The notes under the pieces were generated by a model, which saw only the letters and a list, made by a program, of their open reading frames with translations, searched no databases and was not told where the DNA came from. DNA of 64,000 nt from NCBI GenBank assembly GCA_963706575.1, contig CAVPNL010000006.1, positions 512,001 through 576,000 of the forward strand, read 5' to 3'. Each line of letters begins with the position of its first letter. The first letter of the stretch is position 1. Made by a program: the position numbers and the translations under genes. Positions 1 through 8,854 of the stretch are shown here, piece after piece. This DNA comes from an uncultured delta proteobacterium (GTDB lineage: Bacteria; Desulfobacterota; Desulfobacteria; Desulfobacterales; JAHEIW01).

Positions 1-21
1 AAGGTATCTAAAATTTTCCAT
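1..21 (-). CDS. hgcB: HgcB ferredoxin, first 7 codons only (runs off window edge)
   Basis: Minus strand reads AGGA..ATG GAA AAT TTT AGA TAC CTT (MENFRYL), about 70 bp after the hgcA stop. It resembles the usual HgcB N-terminus and sits in the usual position. Cys motifs are outside the window. Confidence 0.65.
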
Positions 22-90
22 TTGCAAATCCTAAACTAAGCAAGCCAAAAAGTCGAATCACAAAAAGCACGAAAAAAACATTGAAGCCGC

Positions 91-1296
91 CTAACCTGCA
101 AAGGCCGATGCGACCCATGCGACCAGCGCCGCTAACAGGGCCGCCGCCTGCAACGGTATGGCTTTACGCATTTCTTTTTCGACCCCCGAAGGTGAAGTAA
201 AAGGCGTTGATCCGGTAAAATTCATTGCCAGGTAAGAACTGACGGCCGTCGTCCAAAGTATCAGCGCCAAGGCGCCTAAAAGCTGCAAATCGCTTCGAAA
301 CAGCGCTATAATTCCGGCTGCGCCCAAAACACCGATGATGGCCCCTTTCAGTGCAAAGGATCGTCCCGGTATCCAGGGCAAAAGCGCCGGGGTGGCGACC
401 GCCCCGGCCAGGATTCCGGCCGCATAGGCGACTGTCAGCATGATCCCTCTGAGCCATGCGGCTGAAAAGGAAAAAACATGGGGTCCGATCCCGGAAATCA
501 GAAATGCTGCCAGAAGAACCCACAACGACGGCTTCGGCAAGTGGGCACAGTTCCACCGGTGTCAAGGATGACCCGATCGATGGTATTGAAAGTGACCTTG
601 CGCATGGATGATTCAGATTTAAATCCATTGTTTAAAAAGTTCGGAAGATCTTTGCTGCGCACCGGCCCATAAATTACTTTAAAGCCACTTTGTTTTTTGA
701 CGTCATGCGCGGCAACGCCAGTGGCCGCCAGTTGCGGCAGAATCAGCCGGCTGTGGGTTACCACTTTTTTAACTTCCGAGCGGTTTACCCGGCGAACGAC
801 TTCTTCGGTTGAAAAAAAATTTTTTCCGGCCGCACACCACACATTGATACCACGGGTGTCCAGAACCAGGATCCAGGCATTTATGGATGTGAGCGCCTTG
901 CGCAAATGATCAAATGTCAGTTTATAGTTTGCAGTGACCAGAATCGGTGCCTGGGAATCCGGCGCTCCCGACACAATACAGACCCGGTGCAATTTTATAT
1001 TGGCTACGGTTAATTCCCAGCCGCGCTCTGATCGTACCGGCATGATCCGGCCATTGCAGGGCTGTTTTTACGCGCGGTACCGGCCCGGCCGGCGTCTGGA
1101 CAAACTCCTCTACGAAATCAAGCAAGGCAAAGCCCGGTTTCTCAAACGGGCTGCTTGGCGGTCCCGCGGGCGCCCCACAACACGCCTCATCCTGCTGAGC
1201 GGTCTCGGTTAAGGGCCCGGGAGCGATGCTGATCCCCATCGGCTGACCGTTCTGCTTTTCACAGCAGTTTGTATTTTGCGGGAATTTTTTCTTCAT
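91..1296 (-). CDS. hgcA: Mercury methylation corrinoid protein HgcA, interrupted by three +1 frameshifts (near 968, 565, 548)
   Basis: Joined ORFs 922..1479, 498..1043, 164..628 (short bridge LTPVEL) and 91..540 give APGLYCVG-APDSQAPILVTANYKLTFD, the cap-helix motif GINVWCAAGK, a multi-TM C-terminus and YLAMNFTGSTPFTSPSGVEKEM. Confidence 0.93.
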
Positions 1297-1319
1297 TTCA
1301 TCAATTCGGCATCCAAGTT

Positions 1320-1337
1320 TATCGTAAATATACGATA
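1320..1337. promoter_or_regulatory. Palindromic candidate operator upstream of hgcA
   Basis: TATCGTA-AATA-TACGATA, a perfect 7-bp inverted repeat about 24 bp upstream of the hgcA ATG and just downstream of a minus-strand TTGACC. Confidence 0.45.
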
Positions 1338-1433
1338 TACAATCTGGCTGCTGGCGGTCAAGTGCAAATCCATGATCCAGGGATAACCATTTGGGATGTG
1401 GCAAACGGTGGGACTGTTTCACGGTCATATCCG

Positions 1434-1661
1434 TTACGAAGACAAAATATTTTTGGTTCGTTGCGCAACCAGTGCACATTCCCTGCTGCGTTTCGCACCT
1501 AAAAACGCGATGGCTAAAACCAATACCGGAATGGCGACAAACAATCCGAGGACCGGGATTATCGTAAAACTGACAATCGTTAGGGCCAAGCCCAGAAAAA
1601 GTAAAAACAGGCCAACAGCAAAATCAGAGAATCTTTCAAAATAACAGCTTATGCGATTCAT
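1434..1661 (-). CDS. Small two-TM membrane protein, hypothetical
   Basis: 75-aa ORF (MNRISCYFERF...) with two hydrophobic helices, co-oriented with its neighbours. Confidence 0.7.
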   Translation of the reverse strand: MNRISCYFERFSDFAVGLFLLFLGLALTIVSFTIIPVLGLFVAIPVLVLAIAFLGAKRSRECALVAQRTKNILSS

Positions 1662-1721
1662 AATGGCACCCCTTATAGGAAACAATCTTGAACTTCGATT
1701 GTCGCTCAATTTAGCTCTAAG

Positions 1722-1907
1722 TTAGTCTTTAATTGATTTTTCACAGTGACAGGAATTTTGGCTGAGGCATACCCTGCAGCGGTCATCGCTGCAAAGCTGG
1801 CATGAATAGCAGTCTTTACAGGAATGTTTTCGGGCCCCCTCTTTTGGCGGGTCGGGGACATAAACTTTTCCCTTTAATCCGCGAACGATGGTAAATGGCA
1901 TCGCCAT
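1722..1907 (-). CDS. Small Cys-rich protein, putative metal-binding
   Basis: 61 aa with CxxCxxCxxCxxxxCxxC plus CxC; AAGGGG SD-like sequence upstream. Confidence 0.65.
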   Translation of the reverse strand: MAMPFTIVRGLKGKVYVPDPPKEGARKHSCKDCYSCQLCSDDRCRVCLSQNSCHCEKSIKD

Positions 1908-2057
1908 ACCCCTTGGCCGGTGTAAATTTTAACATGAAAATGCTGCGATTCTTCAATCTTAAGATAAGAATGGAATCGGCGGATTCAAGCGGTCGGATAC
2001 TCTTAGAACCGAGCCGGTTAATCGCTGTTTAAGGCGGGATATTTATCTGTTATATAG

Positions 2058-2160
2058 ATCGTTTCGGTTAAATGGTTAAATCGTTGAATGGTCAATTCGT
2101 TAGCGGACATTATTCCTTTTTGACTATTTAACGAATCGACCAATTGACGATTCGACTATT
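2058..2160. repeat. Inverted array of about 8-nt degenerate tandem repeats
   Basis: Left arm aatggtt-aaatcgtt-gaatggtc-aattcgtt; right arm gactattt-aacgaatc-gaccaatt-gacgattc is an imperfect reverse complement. Confidence 0.7.
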
Positions 2161-3529
2161 TAACTCGGGCGCAGCTCTGGCTGTTGAAATGCTTATATCT
2201 GACCTGTTGTGAGTTAATATACAAATAGCCCCTGGATTTCGCGGGTTTTGGTTTGGCAATGAGTTGCTCCATATCATCGCCAAAAAAACTTTTCATTATC
2301 GCCGATAGCTGATTTCGCAGAATTGAATAGGAGTAGTGCCGGGCGGCTATCGCATAATTACTGCCCACCATTTTCTTTCTTCGTTTCGAAGATTCCAGAA
2401 TGTCCACAACACTTTGGACTGTTTTTTTCGAAAGAAAACCATCCATGACAGCCAGGTCAAATCCGAGTGGCTCAATATCCCGCACAAAGGTGGAATAGCG
2501 ATTGACCAGAATTGGTTTTTTGAAGTAAATCGCTTCTATAAACGCATTGCCGAATCCCTCATAAAGGCTGGGAAAGGTAATGAAATCCGCGTAGGGATAA
2601 ACATCCCACAGAGAATATCGGCTGCCGTTTTTGCCGTTTCCGTTCCACGGATCGGTAATGCGAATCGAAACCAGGCGCAAATCCACGTTATGTTCACACG
2701 CATATTCTTTTAGCCATTCCGCATATTCAAATCCTTCATCCCCGGCTTCGTGAGATATGACCAGTTTATTTTTCTTATTTTTAAGTTCCTTTACCAGTTC
2801 AATGGCGAACTCGATGCCTTTACGCTGAACAATGCGGGTGGGCTGCAAAATCATACGGTCATCCGGTTCCAGACCGATAGACTCGCGAAAGATCTCCGTT
2901 CGCTTTTTGCTCACATTGGGCGGGTTTTCAAAATCCAAAACATTTGGAATAATTGTCGAGGCAATACCGGTGCGCAGGGCCAGTTGCTCCTGGGCGGCTG
3001 AATTGATAACGACATGTCGAATATTATTCAAATTGGGCGGAAATGCCATTTGAATATAATCGTTGACGGCATTGATCGAAAAACGGACTCTTTCCCAGTA
3101 AAAATCGTGATGGTGTGCAATGGTCGGCAGTTGGGTTTCGGCAATGGTTTCGGTTAAAGCCAGACCCAGGGGGACATGCAAAGGTATCGTCAGCGCATTT
3201 TCGGCAACCAACAAATCAATTTCGAATCGCTTGATGAATTCATGGAGTTTCAATTTAAGGTCTGAACGCAGGTCATGGATGGTTTGGGTGACAGGCTGCT
3301 TGCGACCTTTCTGGCCGAAAACGCGTGCATTGATCCACTGGTTTATCTCGTGTTGGAAGTGGGCTTCGGGAACATGGAAGCTTTAATCCGGAATGCGATC
3401 CAGGGCGCCGGCAAACCAGAAACATCTGTGCCCGCTTTGCTGCAGGATATCGGCCCATTTACTGGATTCAAGGGAGACTCCGTCCGTGCCTGCAAATCGT
3501 GTTGATACAAATCCGATATTCTTATGCAT
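2156..3529 (-). pseudogene. Glycosyltransferase family 4 (mannosylglucosylglycerate synthase-like) with in-frame TAA at 3383-3385
   Basis: ATG at 3529 gives [25 protein letters not shown] in the same frame as ORF 2156..3253 (HHHDFYWER, FPSLYEGFGNAFIEA); one internal stop. Confidence 0.8.
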
Positions 3530-3887
3530 TCAAATAAAACCTGTGCCGCAATGTTTCAAAAGGGTAGAATGAATAACCTTATTTCAACCGGGAACCTGCT
3601 GTCGATAATCAGGCGCAAAGGTATAGAATATAATTACCATCTTACTGGAAACAACCCTGCTGCTATTTTTTAAAATTTTTTTGATTCTCAAATTTTAATT
3701 GTTTTGTAAACACTTTTAATTTGAATGCGATGAAATTTGTGGCCGATAAATGCCGGCGCGATTTGGTTATATGATACCACAGTGTTCCGCAGATATACAA
3801 TATATAGTGGTATGTCAAGCATAAATAGCCAATCGGTTGTGCTAAAGACCGACACCTTATCTGAACCCGGGATAACACAAGCGATGG

Positions 3888-4992
3888 TCAGAGCGGGCGG
3901 GCCGTGGGAGTCATCTCTTCCAGCAGGCTGCCGACAACGGTACACTGCAGACCAAAAGGAAGGTAACCGGCGTAACCGAGCAGCGGCATTTCAAAAATTT
4001 GATAGCGGTGCACGAAGGGTATACTGTATTGCCATTTGGCCAGGCTGAAAAAATTCCACATTTCCCAGAACACGCCGCAAATGACTGCGGCCATTGCAGC
4101 CGCTACTACCGCGGTCCAATTGCCAGCGACCGCACCGAATAAAATATGGCGCTCGTCCATCAGGGTCTGCAGCGATAGAATAATGAGCAATGGTGCGACC
4201 CAGAGCAGCGGGAAAAGAATGTTGGGCCAGATGCCGATGGCGGCCAGCCCGGCAGCGGATAGCATCAGTGTAAGGGTGGCTAAGGTTTTAGGGAAGGGGA
4301 TACGCAGCGGTTTTAGATGGTCGAATCGCTGTTGAAGCCACCGCGCTGAAAGCAGCCAGTCACGGAGGCCCAAAACCGCAGGCAGCACAGTGGAGAACGG
4401 CAGGGTGGCATACCAAAAATATTCCCAGGCATTAAATTGGGGACCGATATAGTACCAGTTTTGCACGAAACGGTTCAAATATTCAAAAAACCACCAGAAC
4501 GCGGCGCTGATCGGGAAAAGCAGTAGAAAAAATGCCGGTCGATCCAGCATCATGCAGTTTCCCCGTTGCCGATGAGCAAAGGGCGTTGATGACGATAATG
4601 AAGGCGAGCCACAGGGGCGTAAAGGTGTGCGGCTGGAAACCCGCCAGCCATTCGAAACGCGTCCAGGCCATCATCCAGGCCATCATTCCGATGATCAGGC
4701 CGAACCATCCCCACCAGGGAAACGAGCGTGCCGGCCGACTTTCAGGTTCAACCTTCCGGGGTTGTTTAAGGGCGTTGATGATCAGCGCTGTCAGGCAGGT
4801 GCAAATGATCAAGGTGTAAAGGATAAATACAAGCCACGAAAAGGCTTCGTGACGAACGTATCGGGTGGCGGGCGGAAATTCCAGATAGTCTGAAACAGGA
4901 TATCCGGCCATCCATACGCCGAGCAAGGGCAAGCCCAGCAGCATGACAGCCAGTATAAAAAATTTGAAAAAAAAGCGTTTGATGCCGGACAT
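3888..4992 (-). CDS. Polytopic membrane protein, hypothetical, one +1 frameshift near 4575
   Basis: Two overlapping hydrophobic ORFs (4483..4992 and 3888..4553) join as NALC-HRQRGNCMMLDRP if one base is removed; C-terminal WEMWN and FEMPLLGYAGYLPF. Confidence 0.75.
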
Positions 4993-5038
4993 ATCACGCT
5001 GCCTTCAGAACACAAGCTCCGATTTATATTAAAATTTT

Positions 5039-5122
5039 ACCACGAAGTTCACGAAGGCCACGAAGTAAATAATTTAAGAGACGTTTCCTCAGCCTTCGTG
5101 TATCTTCGTGTCCTTCGTGGTT
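5039..5122. repeat. Inverted array of 9-nt repeats (CACGAAG x3 / CTTCGTG x3)
   Basis: accacgaagttcacgaaggccacgaag ... cttcgtgtatcttcgtgtccttcgtggtt. Confidence 0.85.
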
Positions 5123-5161
5123 AATTTAAGATTCTAGAAAAAACTCGAAAGCGGTTGATTG

Positions 5162-6142
5162 CTATGATGCTTCTGTTTGCAAGGCTTCGGGTAATTCGCA
5201 GGTCTCTGCCGATTTTCGGGCCTCCACATAGTGGGCAGCGGCCAACGCGGCCGTGGCGCCGTCCGATGCCGATATGACGATTTGCCGGAAATATTTTTGT
5301 CTGAGGTCACCGATGACGTAAATCCCGGGTGCATTGGTTTCGCACTTTTCATCGGTGACGACATATCCGTCGGCATTCATTTTGGTGCCGGCCGGAACCA
5401 ATTTATTGTTGGGTTCAAATCCGATGAAAATAAACACGCCGTCCGCTGACAGGTCGCTTTTCTCACCGCTTTGGGTATTTTGCAAATCCACTCCGCAAAC
5501 GCCGCTGTCGTCAGCTTTGATTTCGGTAACGACCGAGTTCCATAAAATCTCAATTTTGCACTCGGCCTTGACGCGTTGCTGCAAAAGCGCACCGGCCCTT
5601 AAGGCATCCCGTCGGTGGACCAGATAGACCTGTTTGGCCAGTTTGGCCAGATAGAGGGATTCTTCGGCGGCTGTATCGCCGCCGCCCACCACCACCACGG
5701 TTTTATCTCTGAAGAAAAATCCGTCACAAACCGCACAGTAAGAAACGCCTTTGCCGTATTGTTCTTCTTCCCCCGGGATATTGAGTTTACGCGGGTTACC
5801 ACCGGTAGCCAGTATAACTGCGTGGGCCTGTAATTTATCGCCGTTGGCAAACTTTACGGTATGGAAATCAAGACCGGGCGCAAGATCCACAACTTCTTGA
5901 GAGATGACTTCCAGCCCGTATGATTTGGCATGCTGAGAAAACTTTATAGCCAGATCGGAACCGCCGATGTGTTCATCACCCGGCCAGTTTTCCACCGAAT
6001 CGGAATTATTCATCTGGCCTCCGGGCAAACCCACCTCTATTAGAACCGTCTTTAATGCAGCGCGCATAGCATAAATACCGGCGGTCAGACCGCCAGGCCC
6101 ACCGCCGATAATAATCAAATCATAAACCTCATTGCCCGACAT
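5162..6142 (-). CDS. trxB: Thioredoxin-disulfide reductase
   Basis: GGGPGG FAD motif, GVSYCAVCDG redox motif, GGGDTAAEE NADPH motif; AGGAGG SD. Confidence 0.95.
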   Translation of the reverse strand: MSGNEVYDLIIIGGGPGGLTAGIYAMRAALKTVLIEVGLPGGQMNNSDSVENWPGDEHIGGSDLAIKFSQHAKSYGLEVISQEVVDLAPGLDFHTVKFANGDKLQAHAVILATGGNPRKLNIPGEEEQYGKGVSYCAVCDGFFFRDKTVVVVGGGDTAAEESLYLAKLAKQVYLVHRRDALRAGALLQQRVKAECKIEILWNSVVTEIKADDSGVCGVDLQNTQSGEKSDLSADGVFIFIGFEPNNKLVPAGTKMNADGYVVTDEKCETNAPGIYVIGDLRQKYFRQIVISASDGATAALAAAHYVEARKSAETCELPEALQTEAS

Positions 6143-6284
6143 ACAGCGCCTCCTTTTGTTTAGTAAGGATTTTATTCATCGACAAACCGTCTTCTAATAT
6201 AAGATCCGTAAACTCCAGTTACAAGAATAAAATCCCAGTTGGGTCTTTACTGCATCGATGGTTATTTGTTATCTGTTATGCGTT

Positions 6285-6935
6285 ATGTTTTCAATCGAAC
6301 AATTTTATCAGGCATATGAAACCGAAGCGGCTGAGGTCGCAATTAACGGCAAGAAATTTAGTATTCTGCTCCCCAAGTATTTGGACCGGTTTATCAATCC
6401 CAATGATGTGCTCCACGATTTTCCTTTATGGGCCAAGATCTGGAAAGCATCCTGGGTGCTATCCGGCTATCTTGCCGATTTACCGCCGGATGTCAACAAA
6501 CGTCTCTTAGAAATCGGTGGCGGTGTCGGATTTGTGAGCATTGTCGCAGCGACTTTCGGGCACCAAATTACGATGACCGAATATAATCCGGATGCCTTAA
6601 ATTTTGCCCGCGCCAATGCCTGCCTGAATAGTTGCCCGGATTTGCCAATCAAAAAGCTGGACTGGAATCATTCTCGGCTAAAGGATCAATATGACATGAT
6701 TGTGGCTGCTGAAGTTACCTATAAAGAAGAGAATTTTTTTCCTTTGATTCGACTTTTCAAATCGAACTTAAAGCCCGGGGGCGAAATCATAATCGCTTCG
6801 GAGATCAGAGAAAGCGGCAAAGATCTTTTTCGTCTTTTTAAATCCGATTTTGACATCACCGTGGCAAAGAAAACCTTGCGTTCAGAAAGGGTCGCCATAC
6901 CCATTGTTTTATTGAAAATGCGTAAAAAAGATTGA
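6285..6935 (+). CDS. Class I SAM-dependent methyltransferase (protein-lysine methyltransferase-like)
   Basis: FPLWAKIW, LEIGGGVG motif I, LDW, YDMIVAAEVTY, LKPGG. Confidence 0.85.
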   Translation: MFSIEQFYQAYETEAAEVAINGKKFSILLPKYLDRFINPNDVLHDFPLWAKIWKASWVLSGYLADLPPDVNKRLLEIGGGVGFVSIVAATFGHQITMTEYNPDALNFARANACLNSCPDLPIKKLDWNHSRLKDQYDMIVAAEVTYKEENFFPLIRLFKSNLKPGGEIIIASEIRESGKDLFRLFKSDFDITVAKKTLRSERVAIPIVLLKMRKKD

Positions 6936-7210
6936 GCCCGCTACTTGTTGAGCCCGATGAAAGCCGAAGAACATTTAATTTTTATACCGTTTAACGGCTA
7001 ACGGGTAACGGGCGCAACAGGCGAACCGAACGTCGTTTAATAAAATTGCATTTTGGCTCAAATTTGCCTATATTTAAATATAGAACGCTTCGCTCACCAT
7101 AATGCGGCGATGCATTGTTGGCCCTCCATCACGCAAACACAACTGAGGATCGGGTTGACTTCAGTCAATACGAATTATGTGGGGTAATCATTTGATATTG
7201 GAGCATAGAA

Positions 7211-7639
7211 ATGACTTTAAAATCATTTAGCGGCAAAGAACGCAGAGCATATGTCAGACTCGAAAGATCTTTACCGGTGCGAATCAAGATTTCTGCAAAT
7301 CAAATGAACAAAACCTATACGGCAACGACGAAAAATATAAGTCAGGGTGGGCTCTGTCTCGAAATTTACCAGGATACCCAACAACTGATTGAGAATTTGG
7401 CTACTGCCGATTTTAAAGTCGGCATTGATCTTGACATCCTGATACCCAAACCCCATTCGGCAGCTTCTACAACGCCTGACTGGATCAGCAGCCGGGTGGA
7501 TTGGTCGCGAAAACCGACTGCGAAAAATCCGGCGATGCTGATAGGACTTGAATTTGAAGGTTTAACCGACGAGGCCCGCAAACGGATCCACGGCTATATT
7601 GTTGAAGAATTTGTGAAGCGTTATGAGGAGCCTGATTAG
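7211..7639 (+). CDS. PilZ domain protein (c-di-GMP binding)
   Basis: ERRAYVR (RxxxR) and NISQGG (D/NxSxxG) motifs, IGLEF. Confidence 0.85.
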   Translation: MTLKSFSGKERRAYVRLERSLPVRIKISANQMNKTYTATTKNISQGGLCLEIYQDTQQLIENLATADFKVGIDLDILIPKPHSAASTTPDWISSRVDWSRKPTAKNPAMLIGLEFEGLTDEARKRIHGYIVEEFVKRYEEPD

Positions 7640-7767
7640 AAAAAAAAGAGAGCGGCCGTTTGTTCATCATCGACCGTCTCTCTTTGTATTTCAATAATAA
7701 GAATGAGGTTTTGCCAGTTAGCCGTTTACCATTGACCGGCCACTCCTTTGCACAGCAATACACGTTC

Positions 7768-8508
7768 CTATTCTATCTTATCCACCAGGCCCCAATCCAT
7801 AGCCTTTTCAGCGCTAAACCAGGTGGTTTTCTTCTCGAGCTCTTCCCACTTGTTTTTATCTAACCTGGAATTGGCAGTCAGCTTTCCAATATATCGTTCC
7901 CGCAATAGATGCATCAAATCGTTTTGAGAACGGATATCCGATGCGGTCTCACGTCCCGGCCACTTCCAGAGTGCGGCTTCATGAACCATGAAAATCGTGC
8001 CCGGGGCCGCAAAACGCTCGTTGCAGACCGCAAAAACCGGAACAGCCGCACTGGCGATGATTCCGGAGGCGTGAGCGGTGATGCGGAATCCCTTTCGCCG
8101 GGCGCGTTCGATTTGATCGGCCAGCGCCAGGCCCGAAAAGGCGTCCCCACCGGGTGAATTAATAAACAGACTGACATCCCGGATTTTGGTGTTGTTTTCT
8201 AAGACAACCAGATCATTCCAGAGTCGGGTCACATCAGAAACCGACAGGCCGGAAAAGATCTTAACAAAGGCTCTTTCTTTTGAAATGAAAGAGAGCTGCG
8301 AAAGATGACCTTCCTGATTGGGAACTTCCATGGATCTGTTAATCCGATCCGACTCATCTTTGTCGACAACTTTGACTTTGGTCGGGTCCGCGGCCTGGAC
8401 TTTTACGATGACCTCCTGGGCTTGGGGCGGAGCTTGTCCATTCGGCATGGTGGCACAACCGATAAAAAAAAGGCCAGAAACTGCAACGAGTATCAAACGT
8501 TTTAACAT
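7768..8508 (-). CDS. ClpP-like serine protease with lipoprotein signal peptide
   Basis: MLKR + hydrophobic stretch + FIGC lipobox; FINSPGGD, IASAA (Ser), FMVHE (His), WFSAEKAMDWGLVDKI; GAGGAGG SD. Confidence 0.85.
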   Translation of the reverse strand: MLKRLILVAVSGLFFIGCATMPNGQAPPQAQEVIVKVQAADPTKVKVVDKDESDRINRSMEVPNQEGHLSQLSFISKERAFVKIFSGLSVSDVTRLWNDLVVLENNTKIRDVSLFINSPGGDAFSGLALADQIERARRKGFRITAHASGIIASAAVPVFAVCNERFAAPGTIFMVHEAALWKWPGRETASDIRSQNDLMHLLRERYIGKLTANSRLDKNKWEELEKKTTWFSAEKAMDWGLVDKIE

Positions 8509-8556
8509 GGCAAAACCTCCTCATATTTTTATTCATTTTAGGGCATTGATAATTAA

Positions 8557-8623
8557 AGCAAGATTTATACCAAAATAAAGCGCCGGTGGGATTATAAAGA
8601 TTTGTTTTAATATCAATTGGTTA
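8557..8623 (-). promoter_or_regulatory. sigma54 -24/-12 promoter with upstream IHF site for the ClpP-like gene
   Basis: Minus strand TTGGTAT-AAATC-TTGCT (8573-8557) has exact GG-N10-GC spacing; TATCAATTGGTTA (8611-8623) fits the IHF consensus WATCAANNNNTTR. Confidence 0.7.
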
Positions 8624-8854
8624 GAAAAAAAATGGATTTTGGACTGCCAGACAGCTGCCGAGAAATTTTTTCCGGAGTCACGGATTTGACATGATAGGGT
8701 TCATATCGCCTGCAAGTTTAAAGATCAGCCCGCACCGGCTTAAGCGGGAGGTTAATCTGACGAAAATATCATTTAAATTTCAAGTCTTTAAGAAACCAAC
8801 CGATATTAACTTTAATGAACCGAAATTGATCATTTTGGGAAGAGGAAGCAACTG

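Noticed and set aside
548..970. Programmed ribosomal frameshifting in hgcA
   Set aside because: Three shifts would be needed, there are no slippery heptamers, and the same +1 pattern affects unrelated genes.
498..1043. CdhE/AcsC corrinoid Fe-S protein subunit instead of HgcA
   Set aside because: NVWCAAGK cap helix, C-terminal TM domain and downstream hgcB-like start are HgcA-specific.
3383..3385. Selenocysteine or pyrrolysine read-through in the glycosyltransferase
   Set aside because: The stop is TAA, not TGA or TAG.
3663..3945. Short ORFs in the AT-rich spacer upstream of the glycosyltransferase
   Set aside because: No motifs or SD; the region looks like promoter DNA.
7768..8508. Prophage head-maturation protease
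   Set aside because: Lipoprotein signal present and no portal, capsid, terminase or integrase genes around it.
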